A stretch of 63,900 nucleotides of DNA, counting the filler, from Octopus bimaculoides (lineage: Eukaryota): assembly GCF_001194135.2 (NCBI RefSeq). It is 4 parts of 4 records of this genome, joined end to end, with 100 filler letters (N's around TTAATTAATTAA, not from the genome) between each part and the next. Parts side by side here need not be neighbours in the genome. Positions count along the whole stretch, not along the records: positions 1 to 18,158 come from NC_069001.1; positions 18,259 to 30,127 come from NC_068987.1; 2 more parts are not named here. One strand, written 5' to 3'. The first letter of the stretch is position 1, and each line of letters begins with the position of its first letter. Below the pieces are notes generated by a model, which was not told where the DNA came from, ran no database searches, and saw nothing but the letters and a program-made list of their open reading frames with translations. A program made the translations under genes and the position numbers. Of the stretch, positions 13,241-25,991 are shown one piece after another.

Positions 13241-13374
13241 AAATGCAATGAAGTCACAAGAACTGTCAACATTTGTACCAGTGATATTATGCGTAACTGT
13301 TGCCTTGTTTCTGACCTTTGACCTACAACACTATGGCTTGTAATAAACAGCAGCAGGAGCAGCAGTCAACCAAT

Positions 13375-13904
13375 CACGACCACCACTGACACCACCATCA
13401 ACACCCTCCCCAACACCATCACTATCATTATGAATGCCACAATCATCATGACTACCACCACCACCATCATCATCATCATCACAACTGTCATCATCATCAT
13501 TATTATCCCCACCATTTTCAACACTACTACCATTATCGTCCTTGTTTTAACCACAATCATCATCATCATCATCACCTACACCAGCAACACTGCTACCATC
13601 ACCACAACTGTCATCATCATCATCATAACCACCCTCACAATCATTACCATTTTGTAATACCACCACCACCACCACCACCACTCACTACTACCATCACCAA
13701 CCCACCCCCATCATCATCATCACTATTATAACCACTGCTGCCACTACCACTCCTGCCACCACTGCCATCATTATCATTACCATATTCCCACCTGACCGTT
13801 ACCATCACATCAACAGAACAACAATTATTTTCGCCCATCACCTTCAACAGCACCGCAACCATTAACACCACTTCCATTACCAACGTCCTCACCACACTAC
13901 CTCC
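13375..13904. repeat. (CAT/CAC)n low-complexity tract
   Basis: Direct inspection. Confidence 0.9.
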
Positions 13905-14826
13905 ANNNNNNNNNNNNNNNNNNNNNNNNNNNNNNNNNNNNNNNNNNNNNNNNNNNNNNNNNNNNNNNNNNNNNNNNNNNNNNNNNNNNNNNNNNNNNNN
14001 NNNNNNNNNNNNNNNNNNNNNNNNNNNNNNNNNNNNNNNNNNNNNNNNNNNNNNNNNNNNNNNNNNNNNNNNNNNNNNNNNNNNNNNNNNNNNNNNNNNN
14101 NNNNNNNNNNNNNNNNNNNNNNNNNNNNNNNNNNNNNNNNNNNNNNNNNNNNNNNNNNNNNNNNNNNNNNNNNNNNNNNNNNNNNNNNNNNNNNNNNNNN
14201 NNNNNNNNNNNNNNNNNNNNNNNNNNNNNNNNNNNNNNNNNNNNNNNNNNNNNNNNNNNNNNNNNNNNNNNNNNNNNNNNNNNNNNNNNNNNNNNNNNNN
14301 NNNNNNNNNNNNNNNNNNNNNNNNNNNNNNNNNNNNNNNNNNNNNNNNNNNNNNNNNNNNNNNNNNNNNNNNNNNNNNNNNNNNNNNNNNNNNNNNNNNN
14401 NNNNNNNNNNNNNNNNNNNNNNNNNNNNNNNNNNNNNNNNNNNNNNNNNNNNNNNNNNNNNNNNNNNNNNNNNNNNNNNNNNNNNNNNNNNNNNNNNNNN
14501 NNNNNNNNNNNNNNNNNNNNNNNNNNNNNNNNNNNNNNNNNNNNNNNNNNNNNNNNNNNNNNNNNNNNNNNNNNNNNNNNNNNNNNNNNNNNNNNNNNNN
14601 NNNNNNNNNNNNNNNNNNNNNNNNNNNNNTATAATACAAAGAATATATATGCATGTATACACACATATATGTACATACTTACATCTACATGTGTATATAG
14701 ATGCATATCAGGGTACAGGACGTTAGAACAATGAACTACAGACAATGGAACGAACACATAGGAAAACAGATAGCCACTTGGAATTAATCCTTCGTCAGCT
14801 GCCTCTATTCTAACTAGACGTTTCGA

Positions 14827-14862
<36 letters not shown>

Positions 14863-14869
14863 GATGCCA

Positions 14870-15160
14870 TGTAAAAAACATCCAGTCCAGTCCACACTGT
14901 AAAGCAGTTGGTGTTTGGAAGGGCATCCAGCTGTAAAAACCTTGCCAAAACTGACCTAGCCTGTGCTTGTGCCACATAAAAAGCACTCAGTCTGCTTTGC
15001 TGGGTGGTTGGTGTTGGGAAAGGCATCCAGCTGTAAAACCCTGCCAAAACAGACACAGAAGTTTGGTGCAGTCTTCTGCCAGGCCATCTTCTGTCAAACC
15101 ATCCAACCCATGCCAGCATAGAAGGCAGACGTTAAACGACGATGATGATAGTGATGATAT
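14870..15160 (+). mobile_element. RTE-type tail, with a duplicated ggaagggcatccagctgtaaaa segment
   Basis: Same tail motif ccaacccatgccagcat..gacgttaaacgacgatgat. Confidence 0.65.
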
Positions 15161-15824
15161 ATATAGAGAGAGAGAAAGAGAGAGAGGTGGGAGAATAAGA
15201 CACATACATAAAAGCTAATACACACACACTGAGTTATTATAAAGTCCTTGTGCAATTTCTAAAATCTTTATAAATTAGTTCTATATATGGTAGAATTAAT
15301 TCTCTTGAAATGTTAAATGAAAGAATTTATTGCATTTTTACAGAGATTTATTCCTAAGATTGTCAGATTTTCAACACAACCACCCCTCCACCTGCACTTT
15401 TCACCCTCACCAACACCTTCTATCACACACACATGCGCGCTTACATATACATACCATCTCTCCTCCCCACCCCTACATGTCCGCAAACCGATCTTCAGTT
15501 ATGCTCTGAATCTCATTAATTATCCTAGCCCACAAGACACTCACTTCTATATAACGAGGTTTAGTTGAACAAACGCTAGTCTTCTTACATACGCCCATAA
15601 AAATAGAGTTGAAATAATTATCAATTTACTAGTTTGTTTGTTTGCTTAAATTGATAAACAATTAATAAACAAACAAAAATTTTTTTTTTTCATTAACGAT
15701 GTTAACACAGATATGCCAGGCTTTTAAAATGTTGTTCACAAATTAATTCTGTCAGGTTTAGCACTGGTTATAAATAATTTAAAATTGCACAAATGACTAT
15801 ATAATGACCAACACCATTGCCATC

Positions 15825-15995
15825 ATAATCATCACTGGTTTAACATCCACTTTTCCATGTTTGCATGGGTCAGATGGAATTTGATGAAGCAGATTTTTTT
15901 ACAGCTGGATGGATGCCTTTACTGCTGTCAACCCTCGCCTGTTTCCAAGCAAGGTAATAATTCCTATTGAGCAGGCATGTTTTCACAGCAGATTG
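15825..15995 (-). mobile_element. Dispersed repeat with RTE-like tail (related copy at ~3870-4090, plus strand)
   Basis: Shared ttccatctgacccatgcaa..gatgttaaa..gatgatg ending and cttggaaa..aggcgagggttg body. Confidence 0.5.
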
Positions 15996-16511
15996 GAAAT
16001 GATGGGCTGCACTTTTATGATGATAACACTTACTTACCACTCAGAAGTGAAGACAAGGATACATGCATACACACACAAACAAATACATACATATATATGT
16101 TCTCACACACACTCACATACATATATGTGTACTCACACTCACATACATATATGTGTATTTCAAAAGGTGCAACCTTGTCATACACTGTGTCATACTGATT
16201 GTAGAGAATTACACTAAAGGTACACATGTCTGTGGAATACTCAGCCACTTATGTGTTTAATTAAGGAGCAGTTAATTCAGTTGATTGAAGAACCGAATGC
16301 ATAATATGAATGCTCATCGTCAAAACTGACAGAGAACCATCCATCCATACACATATATAAATATATATGTGCACAGACACACACACATGTATGTATATGT
16401 GTATATATATGTTTGTATACTTGTGTGTGTAAGTGTGTGTGTGTGTACAGTTTTAGTTTTAAGATAGACACCGAGATAATATATGTATGTATGTATGTAT
16501 ATCTATGTATG

Positions 16512-16556
<45 letters not shown>

Positions 16557-17118
16557 NNNNNNNNNNNNNNNNNNNNNNNNNNNNNNNNNNNNNNNNNNNN
16601 NNNNNNNNNNNNNNNNNNNNNNNNNNNNNNNNNNNNNNNNNNNNNNNNNNNNNNNNNNNNNNNNNNNNNNNNNNNNNNNNNNNNNNNNNNNNNNNNNNNN
16701 NNNNNNNNNNNNNNNNNNNNNNNNNNNNNNNNNNNNNNNNNNNNNNNNNNNNNNNNNNNNNNNNNNNNNNNNNNNNNNNNNNNNNNNNNNNNNNNNNNNN
16801 NNNNNNNNNNNNNNNNNNNNNNNNNNNNNNNNNNNNNNNNNNNNNNNNNNNNNNNNNNNNNNNNNNNNNNNNNNNNNNNNNNNNNNNNNNNNNNNNNNNN
16901 NNNNNNNNNNNNNNNNNNNNNNNNNNNNNNNNNNNNNNNNNNNNNNNNNNNNNNNNNNNNNNNNNNNNNNNNNNNNNNNNNNNNNNNNNNNNNNNNNNNN
17001 NNNNNNNNNNNNNNNNNNNNNNNNNNNNNNNNNNNNNNNNNNNNNNNNNNNNNNNNNNNNNNNNNNNNNNNNNNNNNNNNNNNNNNNNNNNNNNNNNNNN
17101 NNNNNNNNNNNNNNNNNC

Positions 17119-17354
17119 GGGTGGCACATAAAAGACACCATTTCGAGCGTGGCCGTTTTCGTGCGGGTGACACGTAAAAGCACCCACTACACTCTCTGAG
17201 TGGTTGGCGTTAGGAAGGGCATCCAGCTGTAGAAACTCTGCCAAATTAGACTGGAGCCTGGTGTTGCCATCCGGTTTCACCAGTCCTCAGTCAAATCGTC
17301 CAACCCATGCTAGCATGGAAAGCGGACGTTAAACGATGATGATGATGATGATGA

Positions 17355-17357
<3 letters not shown>
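17119..17357 (+). mobile_element. RTE-type tail
   Basis: Highly similar to 9465-9725, with a (GAT)n tail. Confidence 0.75.
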
Positions 17358-17389
<32 letters not shown>

Positions 17390-17844
17390 ACTATATGATT
17401 TCGCTAAGGCATAATGATATTAATTACCTGTTAGAAATATATATATATATATCCTCTCTCACTTTTTCCTCTTCCTATCTCTCCCTACCCACTCTCACTC
17501 TCTGGTGTTAGTGTAACACTTTCTTCTCAATCTTTCTGCTATTATCCTTTTATCTATGTAAGCCTTATCAGTTCTTGACATCTGACTTTTTGTTTTGTCT
17601 TTTGTATTTTTGTTTTGTTTTCACCTTTTGAGCTTTATCAATCCAAATTTTTAATCTACCAAAGTACCAAAGTACCAAAGCTTACAGTAAACTGAACTTT
17701 CTAATACTGTTTTCTACTGTTCTCTCGATCAATAAAATCCGTGACAAGCCAAACCGAGCCGAGACAAGACAAGTCAAACAGAAGTGAAGCAAAACTACCT
17801 TGGTGGACTTTTCAGATAATATCTAGGGTAGATGAGTAATGTGT

Positions 17845-18158
17845 TGGCACTCCGTCACTTACGACGTCGAGGGTTCCAGTTGATACAATCAACGGAACAG
17901 CCTGCTCGTGAAATTAACGTGCAAGTGGCTGAGCACTCCACAGACACGTGTACCCGTCACGTAGTTCTCGGGGATATTCAGCGTGACACAGTGTGACAAG
18001 GCTGACCCTTTGAATTACAGGCACAACAGAAACAGGAAGTAAGAGTGAGAGAAAGTTGTGGTGAAAGAGTACAGCAGGGTTCACCACCATCCCCTGCCGG
18101 AGCCTCGTGGAGCTTTAGGCGTGTTCACTCAATAAACACTCACAACGCCTGGTCTGGG
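17845..18158 (-). mobile_element. SINE family C cut by the scaffold linker
   Basis: Near-identical to 4186-4490. Confidence 0.85.
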
Positions 18159-18258
18159 NNNNNNNNNNNNNNNNNNNNNNNNNNNNNNNNNNNNNNNNNN
18201 NNTTAATTAATTAANNNNNNNNNNNNNNNNNNNNNNNNNNNNNNNNNNNNNNNNNNNN
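18159..18258. other. Artificial scaffold linker N44-TTAATTAATTAA-N44
   Basis: Exactly 100 bp; the 12-mer gives stops in all six frames. Confidence 0.95.
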
Positions 18259-18494
<236 letters not shown>

Positions 18495-18495
18495 G

Positions 18496-18791
18496 ACGGC
18501 GAGCTGGCAGAATCGTTAGCATGCCGAGCGAAATGCTTAGCGGTATTCGTCCGTCGCTACGTTCTGAGTTCAAGTTCCACCGAGGTCGACTTTGCCTTTT
18601 ATCTTTTCAGGGTCGATAAATTAAGTATCAGTGAAACACTAGGGTCAAGTCTGACGCCTTGTGCCTCCATTAGAAAGGATTATTATTATTATCATTATTA
18701 TTTTATATCAAGACAAAATGTACACGATAACACTTCCAATCAATTAAGATAAGAGGCCATGAGAACCATTGTCTGGCACTGCACCAGAGCA

Positions 18792-18842
<51 letters not shown>

Positions 18843-19310
18843 GTTATTGTTGTTGTTGTTGTTGTTGTTGTTATTGAAGTTGGCGAGCTGGCAGAACAAT
18901 TAGCACGGTGGGAAAATGCTTAACGGCATTTCGTCCGTCCTTACGGTTTGAGTTCAAATTCTGTCGAGGTCAACTTAGCCCTTCGTCGATGTAATCGACC
19001 AGCCCCTTCTCCGACTTGTGCCTATAGTAGAAAGGATCATTATAATTATGTCCTGTGCCTTTAGTAGAAAGGATTATTATTATCATTAAAGTCGGTGAGC
19101 TGGCAGAATTGTTAGCACGCCTGACGGAATGCTTAGCGGTATTTTGTCTGCCGCTACATTCTGAGTTCAAATTCCGCTGAGGTCGACTTTGCCTTTCATC
19201 CTTTCGGGGTTGATAAATTAAGTATCTGTTACATATTGGGGTCGATCTAATCGACTGCCCTCTCCCCCAAAATTTCAGGCCTTGTGCCTATAGTAGAAAG
19301 TATTATTATT
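18496..19310 (+). mobile_element. Three tandem family A SINEs (~18496-18680, 18880-19075, 19095-19305) separated by (ATT)n
   Basis: Each starts ggcgagctggcagaa and ends gccttgtgcctatagtagaaaggattattatt. Confidence 0.85.
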
Positions 19311-19399
19311 ATTATTAGTAGTAGTATTAATAGTTGTTGTAGTTGTTGTAGCATTAGCAATGGAATTAGTATTTATTTTAATTTGTTTGTCTATAATTA

Positions 19400-19530
19400 A
19401 TTCTGAATCCCCCGGAAAGTATTTAGTATAGAAGAACTTATGTAACCAATAGCAATAATCTTAGTTATATCAATATCAACACTTTGATAACACTGAACAC
19501 ATATATAAAAGAAAAAATTTAGTCTCCACT
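19400..19530 (+). promoter_or_regulatory. Putative core promoter of the signal-peptide gene
   Basis: TATATAAAAG at 19502-19511, TGATAA (GATA) at 19485-19490, TTATGTAA (PAR/C-EBP-type bZIP) at 19438-19445, and imperfect kB-like GGGGGATTCA on the minus strand at 19404-19413. Confidence 0.4.
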
Positions 19531-19564
19531 TTATTGTGATCGTTGACTTTCTTAAGTAAACATC

Positions 19565-19610
19565 ATGAAGACTATATATCTTCTCATCGTCGTTGTGGCC
19601 ATAGTTTCAG
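19565..19610 (+). CDS. Putative first coding exon of a secreted protein (signal-peptide exon, MKTIYLLIVVVAIVS+G, phase-1 intron)
   Basis: ATG in aaacatcATG context. 15 codons give a basic n-region and hydrophobic h-region, followed by G|GTGAGT, a consensus donor. TATATAAAAG lies ~60 bp upstream. The flank is non-repetitive. Confidence 0.6.
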
Positions 19611-19713
19611 GTGAGTATCGTGTGATATAATATGTTTTTACTATTTTACTAAACTAACACTTTCTATTACAAATATGGATACATACATACATACATACAT
19701 ACATGCATATATT

Positions 19714-19758
<45 letters not shown>

Positions 19759-20114
19759 AGAGAGAGAGAGAGATAGAGAGATAGAGAAAGAGAGATCGTG
19801 TTATCAGTTTAGCATATACATGTATGTATATATGTACGTACATACATAAATACATGCATACATATATCATTGTATCCTTATTTGATCACCTGAATTTCTC
19901 TCATAGCCACTCATTACTTCGCGGTCTCCGTCCCTGATAAAAATTTCGGAGTGTAAATTCAAATCGCTTGAGTGCTAATAAGTGCTTTCCATATTGAGAA
20001 TGTATGTATGTATGTATGTATGTATGTATGTATGTATGTATGTATGTATGTATGCATGCATGCATGTATGTATGTATGTATGTATCTACGTATGCATGTA
20101 TGCATGTATGTATG

Positions 20115-23100
20115 TCTCTTATATTTTTTAACTATCATAAATCTTCCATTGAGGAGGTAGCCGGTTTCTGACAATGATACAAGACTCCATATTTAGGATG
20201 TAGTTAACACAGATAAATTCACATTTAAAACTTGAGAAAAGTCTTGCATATTTTTACTCTTCCAGTCACAGGTTGCACTTGTAATGTACGAATTAGCCGG
20301 TCTATTTCTGAAAATCCCTGTTTATTCAGATTCTCCTTTAAGCATTTGCTAACAAAACTTAGTGCTCCAATTATTATTGGTATGACTATGGATATAGAAG
20401 CTAAAGGTTTTGAAGCAGTTGTCTATATATATCTTTTTCTTTGATTTTCAGAGAGATATTTATATCTGCAGGGCAGCTGACCTCTATGATGGTACATACC
20501 ATTGCCCCTCTGTCCCAAACAACAATATCTGGCCTGTTATATTTACATTTGACAGAGGGATTTTCTAAGTTTATTTCAGGACAGTCTTTTTTTGCGGTTG
20601 GTATTGTAAATTGTTTTTGCGACAACATCATGCCGCATAGGGAGGTAGTACCGTGATGACATTTTAGGATAGCTGCTAATCACATGCGTAATGTCTTCTA
20701 CAGAAACATGACATAGCCTACACATACGGTTGGTCCTTGGGGTTACAAGAGCATCATTATCTCTCTTGTTCAATAGATACTTTGTATCAATCTCCTGTTC
20801 CTGGACTGCAAACGCATAGCCTTCAAAGTGTGATGTGATGTAGTGGTTTTGTTTCAAAGAGAGGCTGCGCTTCGAGTCAATTCTACTGTCTTCTTCAAGC
20901 TTCCGGGCAACATATCCATGTATAGTCTCTTTTTTGTATACTGAGTTCTTTCCATCTAGGTCTTCTCTGAGGTAAGGGAGCCCAGCTGTTTTGGGGCTGT
21001 ATCATCAAGAATCGAGTGCATCTTGAGGAGCTCACTGCCAACTTGTGCAATATTGCTCACTTCACTTTTCAGCACTGCATTTATATATTTATTTTTACTG
21101 CTGTTGTTCAGCAGGTGCTGCCTGAATGATACCATACGGCATCCGAAGGCCCATTTCCACTGATCTCAGGCCTCTATCACCTTTATTTCTTCTTAAGTAG
21201 AGCTTGTCAACATCACTGTTTCTGTGGAATTTCCCAGTTGCTGTCAGGATTTTGCGGATTTTGATATCTATGGAGTAGATTTCCTCTACAGGCCAATCAA
21301 GTATCCCAAATGTTGGGATCTGCACTGGTAATGGAAATGTATTGTGGGATATTGTTTTGTTGTAAGAGTAGAGTTCTGACTGCCATATTCTCTGGCGTAA
21401 TATTCTTGGGTCACCCTATCTTTATTCACAGTGCTTTTGTATGATACATTTTCAAATATGCCTAGGTACTTGTAATATTCTTTGTGTGGAATGGGGGAGA
21501 TAGCTTGACCGTTGATGCATAAGTTTTGGGTTTGGGCGATTGACTTTCCTCGTTCTATAACCAAATATGAACATTTCTTTTGGTAAAATTCCATGCTTAT
21601 ATCAACTGAAAATGTTATTAATTTCAGTTGTTTTTTGGCATTGTTAACACTTCTAGCATAAATCTTGAGGTTGTCTACAAAGAAATTATGAGTTACATTG
21701 ATATTTATAGCAGTTAAATATCCTAGCATGTAACCATTTGTTTTCTGCTGTAGGAACGATAATGGATTCTGTGCCAAAATGAAAAGAAGTACAGAAATAC
21801 TATCTCCCTGGAATATTCCTTATTTTTATTGCTGATGTTCAGCAGGTGCTGCCTAGTGATACCATTCCCTTTGAAATGCCTTTATATNNNNNNNNNNNNN
21901 NNNNNNNNNNNNNNNNNNNNNNNNNNNNNNNNNNNNNNNNNNNNNNNNNNNNNNNNNNNNNNNNNNNNNNNNNNNNNNNNNNNNNNNNNNNNNNNNNNNN
22001 NNNNNNNNNNNNNNNNNNNNNNNNNNNNTTACTGTTGTTCTTCAGCAGGTGCTGCATGAATGATATCATACATCATTCTAAGGCCCATCTAATACAGTTC
22101 TCAGTTGGAAGGGTGAGAATTGCTGTCCATGTCTTTGTGAGTCTCTCTGTAGCAGCGATTAGGGTGGTAGGTACTTTTGCCACACAAAGATGTAGGCATT
22201 TCAACAGCCATGAATGAGGGATAAAGACGAATGCCTTCTTATAGTCAAGTCACACTGTCCCAAGGTTTCTACGCTGTTTTCTTACTTCAGATAGTACAGT
22301 TTTGTTTATTAAAAGTTGTTCGGCACATCTCCACACTCCCTTCTTTACACTAGCCTGTTTATCAGTCACGATGTTGTTCGACTCACCATGTTCCTGGAGG
22401 AATTGGTTGAGACAACTAGTGTACAGTTTGTACATAATGCTTAGGTCAGCAAAGGGCCTGTAGTTTACTGCCATTTCGGTGTTTTCATTTTTGGCAACCA
22501 GATTTGTCTTTGCTGTAGCAAGACAATTTGGTATATCAGTCCTTTTGAACATACATATCAAGTGGTTTCTATAGAATATCAGCTTCTTGAACCAATATCC
22601 ACTATAATCCAGGTGCCTTCCCATTTTTCAGTTTGCCTACTACTATAGCGAAGGTTTCTGCATCAATTTTGTGTGTATTACTGTTAGTGTTAGTACAGTA
22701 TTCTCTCTCAATTGTATTTAACCATAATGCATTCAGGTAGAAATCCCTCTTTTCGTCAAATTTTTGACCAGAATGATTGTAGATCTTCTTGGGAGGGAGC
22801 TTTCTTAATGGTAATGTTTTCTTTCCTCATCTCTCCGTATAATGCTTGTGGGTTGGAAGCAAACTTGCGATTTGATACTGGCTCGTTCAAAAGTTTGCAT
22901 GCGATAACGGAATTTCTCGCTCATCGTCCTGAGTTCATATTTTAAAGTGATTAGCTTTCCCTCAAGAGCACGTCGTGAAGATTTGCTATAAAGTTTCAGT
23001 AATTTTTGTCTAAGGTGGAGTTGCTGAGCTGTAAACTCACTTTTTTCCTTACATTTTATTGTTGTAGTTAGCCATCCTATATGGCGGCGCAAGTTGATGT

Positions 23101-24040
23101 TTTCTTCAAGTTTTGTTTTCCATCTAGGTTGTTTCCCTTTAGTAATTTCGTTACTTTGTTCACTCTAGATTTCTCCTAGGTGTTCTTTAAGAGTAATAGC
23201 GGCTGTGCATGTAAGAGTAATTATATTCCAGTAATTAACTTCACATGATTCCATGTGCTCTCCAGCGACATCGTTGATAACTTTAAACATTAGATCGGTT
23301 GGATTTTTTCTCACTCTTGTTGGGAATGGTCTGTTGCTTAACGAAAGCTTTGAGAAAGTTTCAAAATTTTTTTTGCGAATTGTGATTTTAAAATGTTTTT
23401 GAGTTGAATGTATTCCGTAGTTTTCGCTACTGAGTCAGCTACATTTGGAGACACACTCGAATTTAGCGATAGCGGTATGGTTTATTTACATTATTTTTTA
23501 CACCGCTTCTGGCAGATTTTGGCCCATTCTCAGTTTTTTGGGAGGATCGAGGATAAGTTGATTTGTTTTTTTTACTAAAGATACTTGTTGTCGGAGTTGT
23601 TTCGCCGTGAAGGTATCGAAGTTAGGATGAGCTTCATCCCAATATTGTTTTAACCGCTTCATGTATCCGATTGAAGGGTCGTCTCGGGATTTTTCATAGC
23701 ACCGAAGTAAAACGAAAAGAGTACTTACGTCTTCTTAAATAATTTACAGGTGAAGTAGATCTGTTTTCAACGGTGGTAACGTTGTTAGTTTCATTTGTGT
23801 TGGTATTAGTTTCAACCATAATCATGTTAGAGAGATTCCAGGTGGTGTAGATGTATATTTTAGAATCTGTTCAGGATAACGCTACATTGGTGAGTAAAAG
23901 GTGTTTCTCTTATTAATTATTGGAGAAATAAACCGGTTACCGATTTAGGCTGGAGAAGTCGGTATTTTTCTAGGGGAAGGCGTTCAGAACGAACTTTTTA
24001 AACGGTCCTCTACATTTTCACGTCCGATGTTGATGGCGCC
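20115..24040 (-). mobile_element. R4/Dong-clade non-LTR retrotransposon (RT + CCHC + REL endonuclease), degenerate, full span
   Basis: Frameshifted ORF from ~23825 to TAA at 20225-20227. Pieces: N-terminal GYMKRLKQYWDE; RT NYRPFADLSIMYKLYTSC...QASVKKGVWRCAEQLLIN...DYKKAF; PTFGILDWPVEEIYSIDIKIRKILT..FHRNSDVDKLYLRRNKGDRGL; CRLCHVSVEDITHVISS knuckle; RPDIVVWD..IIEVSCP endonuclease. One segment recurs three times around the 21888-22028 gap, so it may be mosaic. Confidence 0.9.
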
Positions 24041-24242
24041 GTATGTATGTATGGACGTATGTATGTACGTATGTATGCATTTATGTATCAGGATGAAAAT
24101 GCAAAAGCTACATATAAAAGAAGCTGTATGAGGAAAATGTTTGAAGAGTGAGGAGGAATAAGAACTTGAATTTGTATTCTCCTGTTTTTGAAACATAAAA
24201 ATGAGAAAACAAAATCAGCGACTATATATTTAAGGTATATGT

Positions 24243-24360
24243 TAACGAAGGTCGGCAGAAAATTTCGTAGCCTGACCAAAATACTGTCATGGAATGTGAC
24301 CAAACGAGGTTTATATTTCAATATAGACCATCATGCAGTCCATATACTTCTTGACGATTC
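24243..24360 (-). mobile_element. Possible mariner-type terminal remnant
   Basis: acgaaggtcggcagaaaatttcgtagcctgac resembles a mariner TIR, and aatatagaccatcatgcagtccatatacttc resembles the 53.5-kb remnant. Confidence 0.35.
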
Positions 24361-24933
24361 CAAATTTTGTCTATTTTCAAGAAAAATACTATTAGTTGAG
24401 AAGTCACTACCAGTTAGAGTCTTCTTTGAACAGTCGGGTGTTAATTTTACCTGGAAAGAAAGAAACAAAATAGTTATTAACAAGAAGGGTTGAAATTAAT
24501 GCAAGCAAGACTTCACAGCTGTAGCATCACACCTTCATAATCAAACCACACATTTTCAGCTCTCATCGTACGCATAGGAATTTATTAAAGAGAGATAAAC
24601 AGAAAGAAAGGAGAGGGAGAGAGAGAGGGAGAGAGAGAGAGAGGGTGAAAGAGAGAGAGAGAGAGAGAGAGAGAAGGAAAGAGAAAGTATGCTGACATCT
24701 GAATATGTGAAGATATTTTTCATGGGGACATTGTTTGTAACAGGTTATAGTTAGCGGTGTCGGCGCGTCATATAGTGCTTAGGATGTTCTGTTCATGATT
24801 ACAAGGTCAAGGGTAGACCATACAGCGCATTGTGTCGTATTCTTGAGTAAGACAATTCAAATTACGTATCTGTTGATGGGCTCAGTTGTTATGATCGCTA
24901 GCTAGGTGTTGATGCAGCCCTTTTTCCTTCCAG

Positions 24934-24972
24934 TTGTTACATCCTGGATGTTTAACTGGACCAAGGTTTCGG
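24934..24972 (+). CDS. Candidate exon 2 (phase 1-1, 39 nt): (V)VTSWMFNWTKVS
   Basis: Strong acceptor ccctttttccttccag and donor G|GTAATG. The frame is open and phase-compatible with the 19565 exon, extending the signal peptide to VVTS. Confidence 0.35.
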
Positions 24973-25109
24973 GTAATGAAAAGTTGTCAATTTTAACTTG
25001 CGACTCTCTGGGCATCTAAAGCAATAAGCAACAATAAGGAAACATTATCAAGTCATACTCGTTAATGAATGATGGCTGACTGTTCTATAATTAGCGATAG
25101 TTGAGAATA

Positions 25110-25610
25110 GTCACAAATTTCTGGTGCCACCGCTGCCTACCCGCTAGTTTACCAGTCGCAGAGTGGCGGCATTGCTCGAAGCATGGCGGCTCCTTTCAAC
25201 GTCTGGCACCTGGACAATGCGACGGGCTAAGCGGACCCGTAGAGAGTGTCTGTCACGATCCCCGATCAGTGGTTTGCTTTCTGACGAGGATCGGCTTCGG
25301 GATTAACTCATCCAAATCGGAGGTACGATGGAGAGGGCTTGCGGTTTACGTCTCGAACGTATGATTATTATTCTTCAAGGTGCAGGTGTCCCGAAAGTTC
25401 TTATCCTTTGTTCACCGATCCTCGCGCCTGCCACTCGCGCCATCCTCAAGTTCTGTCTTCGCCAACCCGAAACGTTGAGGAGAGGACTGAACAGCGACCT
25501 TCTGGCATTCTCCTTGTTAAGGAACTGCTTCGCTATGCCGAAGCTCCTGTACCCACTCCATAGTGTCCCTTGTTTCAGCCACGCCTACGTCCTCCAAGGT
25601 CTTGATTTAT
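25110..25610 (+). mobile_element. CRE-clade non-LTR retrotransposon RT fragment
   Basis: Frameshifted translation FNVWHLDNAT..GPVESVCHD..IGFGINSSKSEV..LCSPI..FSLLRNCFAMPKLLYPLHSVPC, matching the CRE-type WYLDDGT(L/I)GG ... LLxNCFxxPKLLY pattern. Confidence 0.7.
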
Positions 25611-25631
25611 ATGTTTGAATGTATGTGTGCG

Positions 25632-25665
<34 letters not shown>

Positions 25666-25991
25666 TATANNNNNNNNNNNNNNNNNNNNNNNNNNNNNNN
25701 NNNNNNNNNNNNNNNNNNNNNNNNNNNNNNNNNNNNNNNNNNNNNNNNNNNGTGTGTGTGTGTGTGTGTGTGTGTGTGCTTGTGTGTGTGTGTGTAAGTG
25801 TGTGTATGTATTGTTGTATGTAGGGAGTGTCATTATGCCAATATTATTAACACACTAGTTCAATTTCACTAGTTCAATTTATTATTAGTCAATTGGTTGC
25901 ATATCCAACTAACTAATCGATTGTTTGATTAATTTGGTTAAACATTGATCCATTTGTTTTGTTTTTGTTTGTCAAAGCCCTTTCGTTGCAG

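Noticed and set aside
18203-18214. TTAATTAATTAA islands as a biological motif (also 30172 and 53997)
   Set aside because: Exactly centred in 44+44 Ns each time: an assembly linker.
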